A program made the translations under genes and the position numbers. A stretch of 64,000 bases of DNA from positions 26,953,673-27,017,672 of the forward strand of contig OZ037766.1 in assembly GCA_964035545.1 (NCBI GenBank), written 5' to 3'. The notes under the pieces are model-generated. The model was not told where the DNA came from, did no database searches, and saw only the letters and a program-made list of their open reading frames with translations. This DNA comes from Bugula neritina. Its lineage: Eukaryota; Animalia; Bryozoa. This document shows positions 1-12,607 of the stretch, one piece after another (positions within the stretch are counted from its first letter, which is position 1; each line of letters begins with the position of its first letter).

Positions 1-309
1 ACTCGTTCTCAATTTCCAATTCTTCTGCAAAAATTAAAATTTTAAAACAAATTTAGCAACAGCTTATAATATATAAAACCAAAAATAAGTATTTAGTTGC
101 TGGTATTAAGCAGTTTTTCAATAATATAACAGACTGATGAGTTGAAATACATCTTTCATAATGAATGACTATTTGCTTTACACCTGCAATGTTTCAAATA
201 CTTTAAAACTGTCCAATTAAAAAAGGAGTATATCTGGTAAGTAAATTTTGGTGCGTAAATTTAGTCTTTGCATTCATGAAAAAAAGCCATGCAGCAAATA
301 AAAACTGTC

Positions 310-890
310 CTGAAAACAAAATGCTTCATCCACAGCTAAAACAGTATAAACACATGTTAAAAAATTAGAAAAAAATCACCTTAATTCTTGCATTCTTGTG
401 ATGGGGGATTTTAATCAACAATTTCCGCTTAAACTTGATGCATACTATCAAACAGTCAAAAAACCTACCCGGAACAATAAAATTCTTGATAAATGCTATA
501 TCAAAATCAAAGCTGCCTTCAAACAACACCATCATGCAACTTGCAAAGCTTGGTAGGTCAGATCACTTTATAACACACCTCATATACTAGCCTACAGACC
601 CTTATTCAAATTTAAACCAACTCGAGTCACCCGACGTATATATTCTAAAGAAAACTGTGAAAGACTAAAAGCAGCATTGGACATTACTATCTGGAAAAAT
701 CTGCTCTCTGATGATGATAACATTCATCAACAAACTAAAAATGTAGCAGACTATATAAACTTCTGCACAGACATGTGCATACCCAAGAAGAGCTTCAGAA
801 TGTGTACCAACCAGAAACCTTGGATTACTAAACATATAACAGAAATGATCTATCAAAAACAAGTATCTCACAAGGATGGAAACTAATTGT
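310..890 (+). mobile_element. Non-LTR retrotransposon (Rex1/Babar-like LINE), 5' fragment: end of APE endonuclease and linker, degraded
   Basis: Translates with stops/frameshifts to ILVMGDFN (~392-415), PTRNNKILDKCY, SDH and NQKPWIT, all typical of LINE endonuclease/linker. Interrupted at ~897 by an LTR. Confidence 0.8.
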
Positions 891-897
891 AAACTAT

Positions 898-1266
898 TGT
901 AGGAGTTGTTGGATTGTATATCGAACAGGCGATTCCAAGTGTGTCATCCCCCTAGTATTCCAAGTACACTAGGGGCGTACGTACATCTAGCCTAGTAAGG
1001 TGCCTACTAAAACTCAGAAGATGGATAGCAGCTTACGATATAAATAAGGCTGGCTAATTAGAGTTGATTGACAGTGCAGTTGAATAGCAGCATTGAATTA
1101 GATAAGTCATGTTTTGCTATCGGTGATTGTGTAGTGTTTTCTTACTTGTGTAGTAGTTAGGTACTTGTGTATCTTTTGCATAAATAAACTCTTTGCTACT
1201 CTAAACTCGGCAGTATTTCATTAGCTCTAAATAACCCAAAATTAGTGAATGCGTAAATTCACAACA
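898..1266 (+). repeat. 5' LTR of element A
   Basis: TG...CA termini, AATAAA near 1183, directly followed by the PBS. Confidence 0.75.
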
Positions 1267-1270
1267 AAGG

Positions 1271-1286
1271 TGGCAGCAGTGGGATT
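1271..1286 (+). other. Primer-binding site, probably tRNA-Leu
   Basis: TGGCAGCAGTGGGATT lies 4 nt after the LTR end and is near-complementary to the 3' end of tRNA-Leu (...AATCCCACCGCTGCCA, recalled consensus). Confidence 0.7.
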
Positions 1287-4200
1287 AATTTAAAGCCAAT
1301 GCTCCTGGCCAAGGAGTAGAAGAGTATAGCCGACGAAGGAAACATCCCTCGTCTGGAGCAGATCAAACCGGCAGATATAGAGGATGTCAGGCGGCCCAGC
1401 GCTACCTATAGACAGGTATCATTTGCGGGCTCTCACCTTCTCAGGAGAAAAAGATGTGGAGCAATTTGTCGCTGAGTTCAGCGATGTGATAGCCATCTGT
1501 CAATAGCCTACCCGAGTTACTCTGATCCAGCCGCGGTTGTGCCTGACAAGATTGGTCAAAACTTATGGTATTGGACAGGATGTCGACAACATCTTCGATG
1601 CGTTGAAAGCCCGGTTTGGACTCACCACTGGAGATGCGTGTGTACACCTCTAAGGGCTTAGGAGAGATCCTAGGACTTCCTTGCGAGAACACGCGACCAT
1701 GGTGGAACGACTAGCACAAGTTGCTTATGACAACTTGCCTGCAGAAGGCTGACATAGTTTGGCACCAGATGCATTCCTCCAGTCTGTCAACAACCTGGGC
1801 TTAAAAAGGCATTTGCTGGTAGCTGAAGTTGAGACGTTGGCTCTCCAGCTTGGAAATGCCTGTTTCCAAGCCAACAGTACGTGCCTGCCTGAAGTGGCTG
1901 TTCAGCAAGTAGAGGCCAACGACATTGTGTCACCATCGTCGGCTGTACATGTTGCTGAGGCAGCAGCCGACGAGCCGACCGGCCTAACCACGAGCCTGGT
2001 TCAGGAGCTGCTGGTCGAAATCAAGCATCTCCGCCGACAGTCAGCAGTTGAGTGACCCGCTAGGTTGCCGACAACTGCCGTCGGCAGGTGTACCCATGTG
2101 TGTTGGGGTTGTGGAAGTGGTGGGTACCTCTTGAGGAGCTGCCCTCACGGTGGGAGGAAACAGTTAAACGACAACGACCCACGGTAGACTCTGCCAACCA
2201 TGGGGCTTGGTTTGACCCTCTGAGGCCAAGGTTAAGGCCAAAACCCACTCGAGTGAAGAGGTCCCCTTTGTTGGAGTGGCAAGCCCAATGGAGAGTTAGC
2301 AGACAGCAAGGTTCGTCAAAACCTCCGGCTTGGCTACTCAAAAACCGCTTTGGAGGATTGCCTGATGAGGGGTTGTACGAAGAGTAGAAGCAGGACTAAG
2401 ATTTCCCTTGGCTGCCCACTCGTGAGCAGGATTGAGCTTTCACTCGGCCGCCCACGTGCGACCAGGGCTGAGATGTCACTCGGCTGTTCACTGAACATTG
2501 CCAACCCCCTCGCAACCAGAAAGCACAGGTGCATCCCCAACTCCATGCACATGATGTTCACTTCAGGAGACGAACCGCTAAATGAGCACTCAGCCATATG
2601 GAAACAGTTATTTTCGACCGCTCAACTTGCCGGCAAAGCTGCAACATTCCTGTTGGATACTGGGTGCACCAGAAATCTTCTGAGCCGGTGTCTTTTTGAC
2701 ACACTCAATGCCGAAGATCCGGCAAACCTGGAGCATTATGAAGGGGAACACGGCACGTTGGCGGACGGGTCGTGTATTCCTTTCTATGAAGTGATAGAGC
2801 TGACTGGTAGAGTCCGTGATCAGACGATCAGCGAGACCTTCATCATCAGTCAACTCAAGGAGGACGCCATATTGGGCATGCCATTTCTGAAGCGACACAG
2901 GTGCTATATCGACTTTAACAAGTCGGCGGTGGTGATGGCCGAACGTGAGCTGGCCTGTGTGGATAGGTTTGGTAGACCCTTGGTGGGGGTAGTGCAGGTG
3001 GTGCAGCACTGTACCATTACTGGGCGCTCCTGAGATACAGTTTGCTGCAGAGTCAACTGTAGAAAAATCTCTGACTTAGGAGTGGTAGAAGGGGCACTGA
3101 AGAGTGTCCAGCTTGCTAACAGCCTGAATAGGCTAGATGAGCGTGGAGAGTTCCTGGTATAGTGTGTGAACCCTTTCACGGAGCTGGTAGAGTTGCCTGC
3201 TGGTTTGCTAGTGGGGAAGTTTCACTCCGTGCAGGAGGAGAACTTTGGGCCCACCATAGAGACGATGGAGGAGGCCCATGGAGTACCCACTAAAAACGGC
3301 AGGGGGCTGGTGCCTGAATACTTGGTAAATTGAAAGTAAGCGAAAATGCTTCACAGTTAGTTTAAGGTCATGTTTTTCAGTTTTTGGCTCTTTGCTAGGT
3401 GCGTTATGTTTTATATAAACAATGTTCCACTGATAGCTAAAAAAATGTGAAAAATAAATAAATCTATGTTTTCCAATATACTTTTTTAATTTTTTCAAAA
3501 CCCAATTCATATTCAAGTTATAGCTTGTTGAAAAACATAGTCTCCCTTCCACATTATTTCTAATTTATACGCTCCTGACTTGTATTGTATCTCAATATAC
3601 TGTATGTGAGTGCTCGCTAGTCTCGCTTCACTAACTTTGCTTATATTTTCTAAGTGCCAGTGCCGCTGGCTCAAAAGCTACATGCGATGGCCTGTCAGCT
3701 AAAAGCCAATCTTGTATTCCTGGGTTGGTTAGTCTAAAGAAAACAATTGGCAAATCATGATTTCATGTTTTAGGAATCTGTTCTATTTCAACCTGCTGCC
3801 TAGATAGTTCTTTTTTCCTATCAAAACTTTGATGTACTAATTACAGAATTGGTGTGATAGATTTCTTTGGCAACCATCTGCGTTATAAAATTGCAATAAT
3901 GGTACCTATAATATTATATTATTATCATTATACTCGTAATAATTATATTATATAATATTATGTGTTTTTTTATTATATTACATAATAAGGGTAACGGGGG
4001 GGGGGGGCACAACGATCACAGAGGTACAAAAAGCCGGCCAAATTGTAAGAAAAGTTATTGACTCAGAGTTGTGATTATATTTTCATAAAAAGATATTGAC
4101 ATAATTATTTAGCCTTTACAGTGGAACTTGTGGAACATGCGTGTTGAAAAGGCGAGTAAAGAACTGTTTTTACCTACTTTTTGTAAATTTTTTAGGATGT

Positions 4201-4994
4201 CGTTAAAGCTTTATAATTTTTTACCTTCAAAGGTAACAAGCCTAGATTTTACTAATATTGTTGCTATTTCTTGTCTCTACATTGCTTAACTAGTATAACA
4301 GCAAACTCTAAAATAAATTTTTCTTGAGGCACAATTATTTTCAATTTGACCACATGGGGCACAATGGGCCACGCTGACCGGAGCACAATGGGCCACCTGA
4401 TTATTGTACCCTGATCACTATTAGTTTGTTTGCCCAAAAATTTGGTTGAAATGTTACTAAAATCTATAGAAATAGCTATTTCTGACTTTTTTGTAAAAGA
4501 TCAAAGACATGATTTTGGTAAGACTACAAAACTACACGTTGAAGATCCCCTAATATATACAACTGGTGAGGTTAAAGCTTTGCCATTTTATACATAATAC
4601 AAAACACTATATACATGTATTTGACTAAAATAAATTGTGATTTGCTTATTTGCTCCTCTCTCTCCCTTCCATACTCCAGTCACAAATCTCCGCCATGCAC
4701 CTTAGCTGCAGTTCATAAGAAAAAGTCCACTCGGAATTTTGTGGTAAATGTTACTAAGGTTTTTTTTTTGATGAAAGTCCCTCTGAAGTGAAAATAAAAG
4801 AACATTTTTAGTTCTAAACGGTAATGATATTGGCACTGTAGAACCGAGTGATGTGCGTTGAATTTTGTCTTCCTCTGCTATCCGTAGTGGCACAAACTGT
4901 ACAGCTAAAACATAAATTTTGCTGTAGATCTTAAAGAGTATCTTTATTAATTTGTAATAATAAATAAATAAAAATCAGGGGAAAAAGAAGATCT

Positions 4995-5130
4995 ACAACA
5001 TAGTTTTTGAATTTTGACTCTAGCACAATTAGGTGAGATTTTATTTTACTGGTACTGAATTCTTATATGATTACAATGCAAACCTCAGCAAGGCAGTTGC
5101 AGCTAAAAGGTTGCCCTTAACTATCCTGTG
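4995..5130. repeat. Interspersed repeat fragment, second copy at ~13555-13697
   Basis: Shared block TACAATGCAAACCT(C/G)AGCAAGGCAGTTGCAGCTAAAA(G/A)GTTGCCCTTA...GTG plus similar upstream sequence; both copies end at the same GTG. Confidence 0.75.
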
Positions 5131-5312
5131 TAGCGAGTGTGTTCTCGATCAACTATTCATTAGCCTGAATCTCACGAGTGTAACTGAACAGAGTACCTGT
5201 CAGGCTGTACACGCCGGCGGTACCTCAGTGTATAATCTTTAACACTGCTACTCTTTCAGATCACACTCGAGTGACCACCTCCCGGTCACGGGACCAGCCA
5301 ACCCCTCTACCT

Positions 5313-6134
5313 ATGGAGGAAGAATCTGTGATGGAGAATGGCTTACCCGTGGTGCTTCGTCGACGACACCGCTGGGTGTCACCCACGACGGAAAGGAGGA
5401 TTGAGGAAGCCTGAGGACCAAGTGGACCCTACCGGACCTGCCAGGTCTGTTTCCAGGAGTGCCCGTCACACCGCTCCCTGCGTTTGCATGTAGACGCACA
5501 CTTTCTACTACACTTTTGCCCATGCGGGTTCCACGATGTATACCCGTATCCTGTGATCGTCCATAAGATAAGCTGCTTTGCCGGAGAGGGCCATATTGTA
5601 GATGAGGACAGCTTCCCCCAGTACCTAGACACCATCAAGCCGGTCATCAAGAAGGCTATAACCCTGGCCGCACTAGCGTCAGGGTTCCAAGTACTGCTGT
5701 TATCCGCCCGCCATAAGTCTCCTAAGGTTCAGGGCCCTCCCACTACCCCCGTCAACCCTAGCAACACCCTCGAATCAGAAGGAACGACGATACCCCCAAT
5801 ATCAGAGACTGCTACAACCCCACCAAGGCCTAGCCGATTGGCTAGTGTAGAAGAGCGGCTTGTAAAACTACAAGCCGAGTTTACGCAACTTGCCCCTGAC
5901 CTGCTGGATAGGACGACAGGCCTATACCAGCTGAAGGACTCAGTGGGGCGACTGAAGCGGAGGCTACGTGCCCGACAGGCTCGACACAGTCACGCTTGCT
6001 ACAAGAGTCAGAGCCCACCCAATGAGTATGCCTGGGATTGGCACCTTCTCGGTGGAATGTATCCTGGTCTGGAAGTGACGAGCTCACCGACATTGGCCCG
6101 CGTGCTAGTAAGCACCCTCTCTCTCTATAGCTGA
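5313..6134 (+). pseudogene. Accessory ORF of element B: C2H2 zinc-finger protein with Pro/Thr-rich linker and coiled coil; one in-frame TGA at 5412
   Basis: ATG 5313 is in frame with CQVC-x12-HVDAH (5439-5501), then CPC-x12-H-x3-C, then heptad-like LASVEERLVKLQAEFTQL. Confidence 0.55.
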
Positions 6135-6319
6135 CTAGCTGTGTGTGTTCGACCACCCTGTTTACTTCTATAAATGTTTGTGTACTCAACTATTTCTCTT
6201 CTTCCTTTTTGTGGGTTTAATTATGTATTCTTTTTTAGATTATTGTATTGTTTTTCTTTATATGTGTTTTTTTTGTGTTGTGTTATCAGAAAGTAGGGCT
6301 TTCTGCTGGGGGGGGGCGG

Positions 6320-6669
6320 TGTAGTGAGTCATGCAATGTACTAATATGAGAATCGTCCTCTCTCCGTTCTGGGAAAACTAAGGCCCCTATGTAGTAACCA
6401 ATCAGCAGCACCGGATGATATGCTTCCGACTCATGTGGCAGTTCCCGGGCAATTGACAATGATCACGTTGTTGTAAGCGGAGGCTTGAAGTGTTAACATG
6501 TGTTAGTACTGATCGATGTTGTAGTATAATCTGATGTAATGTTCTTTTTGTTTTGTATTGTGGATAATAAACGTAATTACTCGACAGCTACCCTAGTAAT
6601 TGCTAGTAGAATAGCCAACTAAATACGCAAGTAGAAAACTCACGCACAGTAATTGCACGAATTACTACA
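6320..6669 (+). repeat. 3' LTR of element B
   Basis: Inverted termini TGTAGT/ACTACA, preceded by the PPT. Confidence 0.7.
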
Positions 6670-8015
6670 ATTTACAACTGTAAGAAGTTTCATTGACAAT
6701 AAAGCATCCAATTACAAAAGGTGCCTCTTTCTAGACTTCTCTTCTGCATTCACGACTATATCTATTCCAGACCTCATTACGCAACTAACTCATCTTGACT
6801 CTAATGTTAGCCTAGGGCCACACTCTGCGTATTTTCGCATGCGAAAATTAAAATCACAAGTAGCAAAGGTGTCCACTGTACGCGTTGAGGAAACATTCGC
6901 ACTTGTCGCTTAGCATTCTCAACGCAAGTGCGAATCGTCTCTGTCGTCGTCACCTAATTGGCTGGTAGTTATTCAGCGAGCCCAATTTCTTTATTTTAGT
7001 GCTACATTCCAGTAAATTGCGTTTTATTGAAAGCGAGTGCGATTTAAAAATGAAAGCTTTATTTATCACGCATCACTGACGCTACAGTGGACACCTTTGC
7101 TACTTGTGGTTTCAATTTTCGCATGCGAAAATACGCACAGTGTGGCCCTAGGCTAATTACTGAGTGGATTTACAGCTTTCTTACAAACAAAGTACAGCCC
7201 ACAATAGTGGATGGCATAACATCAAATCCAATCATAACTAACACAGGAACTCCCCAAGGGTGCTTTTTATATCCCCTATTGTTTTCTGTCTACACTAATA
7301 GGATTACCTCAAGCCAGAGCAACATAACTGTAATTAAATATGCAGATGACACTTGCATTATTGGCTGCATTGGCAAACAGTCTGATCTAAATATTTATAC
7401 AAGATTAAAAGAATTTCTAAGCAATGTGATGATTTAAATCTATTATTAAACCCTAGCAAGACCCAAGAAATAATGTTCTCACCCAACGTGCAAAACCTCA
7501 TACCCCTACTCTCTTATTGAATCGAACAAACATTGTACTGTCTGATAAAGTGAAATACCTTGGTGTGTTAGTGGATCAGAATTTTAGATTTCATGAACAT
7601 GTACAATCAGTATAGTTACAACATTATCAAGAAGAATGTATATTGTGAAGAGTTTTGTGTATCTTAGGTCTACACCTCTAGCAAATATGTTATTCAAAAG
7701 TTTCATCATGTCCTGCATCGCCTATTGTTTACCTTTTTTGTTACTTGCATCTATGCCAGTGATAAAAAGGCTATTCGAAAGATTTTCAAAGATTGCTCAA
7801 AACTTGAGATCCAGTATCTAAACATTGATTTGCACATTCAGAAACTCAATAAAGAACTTGCCATCAAATATATAGTAGAAATTTACCATTTTATCAATAA
7901 CTTTCTAAGTCAATGCCCTTCTGGAAAATATCAAACCATCAAATATAGAGGGGCATGGGGCTGAAATAGCTTCTTGCAACACCTTGTAAATACTTTAAAT
8001 GAGCTTCTATTTTAA
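6670..8015 (+). mobile_element. Rex1/Babar-like LINE, reverse transcriptase fragment (degraded, split by a MITE)
   Basis: Motifs FLDFSSAF, TGTPQGCFLYPLLFSVYT, KYADDT, LNPSKTQEI and KYLGV, with frameshifts and stops. Confidence 0.88.
6810..7153. mobile_element. PIF/Harbinger-like MITE, copy 1 (344 bp)
   Basis: ~70-bp TIRs GCCTAGGGCCACAC.../...GTGTGGCCCTAGGC with TTA/TAA flanks; removing it (leaving TAA) restores the LINE frame HLDSNVITEWIYSF; inverted twin at 33318-33661. Confidence 0.85.
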
Positions 8016-10272
8016 ATAATCTAACAGGGTTTTGACTTTTCTCTCAATTTTGTTCATTCCTACTTATGTTATAGCCAGTATTTACATTGAATTTCGCAAC
8101 GTGTTGTCAAGTGTGTGATATGCAATAACTCATGCAATCAATCAAAACAATTTTACAATATATAACATTTTTTCTCCATATAATCAAATAAACAAGAAGG
8201 AAAAAACATTTTATATAGTGATGGAATTTATATATCACCAAACAAACAATAATTATAGTCTTTGAAGAGATTCAAGAGCTATTTATGTAACATCATAATC
8301 TGTGATTATAAACAGTTACGGGTAATAAATATGATGTATTAAGAGCACTTATAAATGTTGTTTTAAACGAGGCAATCATAGTTTTTCAACATTTGAGCAT
8401 GAGTTTTCAGCGATGGGTTTGTAATTCTACAGTAATTTGTGCATTTCTCATTTGATATTGTTAATTTCTTTGAGTATATATATAAACAAAGGGATAATTT
8501 GCTTTAAAATAGCTCATAAACAAACTTACAATTATACCCTTTTTACCACGGTATAATAATGTTGCTTAATGAATGGTACATTTACTGAAGTTAAATCATG
8601 TTGGCGTATAGGTTGCTAGAACTTAGTGTGCACAAGATAAGATAAGGCTTGCTATTTACAGAATTTTATCTATTTTGGTATTAAGTGTTGAGGCTACAGT
8701 CACTAGGATAAAAATTACCCAACGTTATCACACAGCTGCAAACCGCCCCATGGCAGTGCTTGTTTAGGCACAATGGTTATTAGCTTTGTACATATTGTAG
8801 ATAATGTTTGACTCCTTCCTCTCCCCTTCCCCTACCTCTCCATTGCGCAAACATAGGAAAATATTTACTGTGTTATAAGTGTGTTATAATTTAAATATGC
8901 TTATTTTTATAGGCCAGCATCTGCTAAGCATGCATGGATTTTATTTCCTAAATTCCAGTATTTTATTCCTGCCTTACTTAAATTAGTTTTATATAATTAT
9001 GATATTTTCTTAACATCTTTTTTCCTGCATTTAAATTAGTCCATTTGTATGCTATCCATCATCACTTTTGCCCTATGTCTACAATATCTCAGGCAACATT
9101 TATAGCTTGTTTTTATCGAAATTATGTGAATTAGTTGCATTTTATAAGAAGTTTACATTTATAACGTCAATTAATTATAATTACTGCTAGAACTCATGGT
9201 AGGCCTATAATTTTTTAGTAGGTATACCTACTAGAAAATTAAATCAGTTCTAGCAGTAAATGTAATTATAGTTTTTATACTGCAGTTCTGAGCCACTCAG
9301 ATATTATATGCAAAGCTGCTTATCTGAATTTATTACTAAATATATCTTATATTAATTTTGCGGTTGAAATTTTAACTCAATGCAATATAATAATAGACGC
9401 CTTCCTCTCTCCCCTTCTTTTAGAAATCTAAAACTTCTCAGTTATTAATACTTATGATTATGATGATTAGGTTTGGAATTGGCACTATAATTAAGTAATC
9501 GTTCAAGAAAACAACATTATGATACAGAAGCTAATGTATTTTGGCAATTTAAAATGCATTATGTTATAATTACCTTCTGTTTCAGGTTTAATCTTTTTCA
9601 GTTTTGAGGTTGCTGAGCATTTAAGGTTTCTGGAAAAATGAAAAGGTACATGAATAACATAGACTACATTGTGTACTGTATGTTAAAAATTTACAGTTGA
9701 TATAAAACTATGTATAACTCAACCACTTAAATTTATAAAGTCTCATACAAAAAATACATTTTCTGAATTATGTTTTGACCTAAAAACTTGTAGATAAACC
9801 AGGTTAAATAATTTTTTTTTATTTCAAAACTCAGATCGTGGTTATCATTCTCAAATAATTCATATGGTAATGTTAGTACTAAATAGCCCAATTTTTTGTG
9901 ATAAAATAATACAAATTATAATTATAATCAAAAGCTGCAGAATCACCTTTTCACAGATAAGTAAAAAATTGGCTGCTGATAATTATAAGAGAAACTCTAA
10001 CGTAGTTTCTAAGAAACAGTTTTAATTGATAATATACTTAGCAATGCGTGTTGAATAAAAAACAGCTTTTTTAAATTAAATAATCTTCAGCTAGTTTAGG
10101 TTTTGGTGAAAAGTTCCCTTGTGAATTCAAAGTAAAGCTGCTAGTGATTTCATGATTCACTTGCGAGGCCTCTATACATCCTACACCATATATTTTGTAT
10201 TATAGCATCTGCTACCATTACACATATTTTTACTTCCTAGAAGTATGGTAAAAAGATAACATCTTAATTTTC

Positions 10273-10508
10273 TCACCCTTGCTCATCAACATCTACATGG
10301 ACATAAGATTCTTCTAATGAACTTATACTGGCAGGTACCGTCTTCTCCACTGTTTCCGGAAGCTCCTCATTGGCCACACTTTTTCCATTCTCATCACTAG
10401 TGCTTGCTAGTTGACTATTATCGTTTACATCTTTAATATCTGCCAACTCTCTCAATTGGTTGTCATGTACCTTTTCACTTTCCATAATTTTCAAAACTTT
10501 GTGAGCCT
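10273..10508 (-). CDS. Possible orphan terminal coding exon (acidic/Ser-rich), parent gene unclear
   Basis: Open frame HKVLKIMESEKVHDNQ...VDEQG* preceded by a TTTTACATAG acceptor; composition more coding-like than its flanks; no recognisable domain. Confidence 0.3.
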
Positions 10509-12425
10509 CTATGTAAAAGTATGGAACAATACTCTTGCAAATGATTTGTTAAACACATGCAAGCATAACTATGTTATAAATATTTATGAAGGCTACATGC
10601 AGCTGAAAAATTATTAGTGAAATGTTATTTGGACTTTTAAAACTTTATTTTATATGAACCTAATAAAAGACATAAAATAACTAAGGGAGCAAATTACAGC
10701 AGGCATGCAAGATGGTGGACAGGTTAACAATTTATATTATTTCACAAAAACTCTTGCAAGCTTGAAGCTTTTTTAATTAATTAATCGTGGTGCTATAGAT
10801 CGTACATTATCTAGTTTCTGAAAAGAAACTGTCATTGTTAGATAGCAGTATTATTTTAAAATAGCAGTTGTGTGCTTATAATTAAAGTAACTGAGAAAAC
10901 TAAATATATGCTAAAGTTACAAAATATGATGGGATGCAGATAGTGTGTAATGTTTAGTATATGTACATAAATTGTGTAAATGATATGGATATGGATATGT
11001 ATAATTTTATGCAAACAAAGCAAGAAAATAAGAATATACGTACTATATTGTAATGCAAGTGGTATTTCACATACTTGCCAATGTTGAAAAATATTAATAT
11101 CTAGTTAAGGACCAGGTAGGTTAACTATAATATTCAGTACTGTAAAATGCTTCAATGTAATTTTGAGTAAAAGCTAGAAAGATATAAAGTTATAAAGGAA
11201 TTTTGCATTATTAGTATTTTAATTTATTTATTTTCTATTTTGCTAATTAGTTGAAATAATCCAAACTATTGAGAATTAAATTCGAACACGTATTGAAAAT
11301 TTGCTTTTGCTAGCAAACACTCATAATAATACAGGCAAAATTTTCTCAGTCAACAAGCCAGAAGTTAAATTCCATATTTCAAACTGTAAATCTTTAGGTA
11401 AAGTTAGAAATATAATATAATACAGCTATTATAGCTACAATGTATTGTTAATATGAAAAATCAAGGTACAAACTAAGAATTGGGCAAGCTCATAGCTACG
11501 ATTTCTGCAGAGTCAGTACCTTTAATTTGCCTACTTTTGCAAGCTTATTTAAAATTTTCCAGCTATTAAAATTAAAGTGTCTTAGTGGATTTGTATGGGA
11601 TGAATTGGAAAATACTAGATCAAACATTAAATAATCCTTTCACTAATCAAAATCATGCTTTCAACGCCAATTATAGTAGTTGTAATAAGGGTACATACCA
11701 TAGACTCATTGCCATGTTGAATTCCATATATTCTCACTGCATCTGTTTCATTATGAACGTCTCAGAATTTCTAACTTGTAATGTTTCTAATGCAGTAGCT
11801 AAAACCCAAATGTGTCAAGGATCGAAGTAATCTATCTATATTAATATTTACCTTCACTGCATGCAGTCACCCCATTATTCACTTTGTTTGATATAATAAC
11901 TCTTATCTCTGATTTAGCTTAAAGAGATATACAAGGATAATAAAATATGCAACCAGTGCCTGACGCCTAACCTATTTACAGCATCTATCTGCACTTTACC
12001 TTAAACAGTTATCAGTCAATTTGGCGTCAAATATAATATTTTACAATTATCTATAGACTTCTTTCAGATAACCACTGTAAGCCTTATTGTAATCAATGTA
12101 ATGAGCAACCTTGAAAATTCTTGCTTATTATTTTATGAAATTGTGATATTTCTTTTTTAATTGTCATTTACTACAATGACAGTTTTCATAGAGCTCCTAA
12201 TTATTTTTGTTTTACAGTCCTCACCTATCTCAACTCCGTTCTGTCGCTTATAGCAGGTTCTTTGTTTTACGATAGGTTGCTAAATTTTATGAAATATTAT
12301 CAACACTTACGGCGCATATACAACTTATTATAAAAAGCAACTTTTTTGTAATAATAATAAAAAAAAAACTATACATATTTAAATGTCAAAGATAATTTCA
12401 CATTGCACCAAAAACATGATTATTG

Positions 12426-12476
12426 TGCGTGTGTGCGTGTGTGCGTGTGTGCGTGTGTGCGTGTGTGTGTGTGTGT
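12426..12476. repeat. (TGTGCGTG)n/(TG)n microsatellite
   Basis: Direct inspection. Confidence 0.9.
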
Positions 12477-12607
12477 TCTAATGGATGATACAGTGAAGAA
12501 GAAGCAGCAGTGAGAATAAGCTTACACTTCTACAAATGCTTCTTATAGTGCGCATCAAAAATAGCCTCTAGCAGCCAAGTCCAACTTCTAGTCTGCTCGT
12601 GTGGCAT

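Larger units (their letters stand above)
898..3330 (+). mobile_element. Gypsy/Ty3-type LTR retrotransposon A, 5' half (LTR, PBS, gag, aspartic protease), truncated and degraded
   Basis: LTR TGTAGG...ACAACA at 898-1266; PBS at 1271-1286; gag with degenerate zinc knuckle CWGCGSGGYLLRSC (2101-2142); retropepsin motifs FLLDTGC and DAILGMPFL in ORF 2350-3033; in-frame stops; no RT follows. Confidence 0.85.
5131..6669 (+). mobile_element. LTR retrotransposon B, 3' portion (accessory ORF, PPT, 3' LTR)
   Basis: G-rich polypurine tract 6308-6319 abuts an LTR TGTAGT...ACTACA (6320-6669) containing AATAAA; a GC-richer ORF lies upstream. Confidence 0.7.

Noticed and set aside
898-6669. Single intact LTR retrotransposon spanning both LTRs
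   Set aside because: The two LTRs differ in sequence, there is no TSD, and no RT or integrase lies between them.
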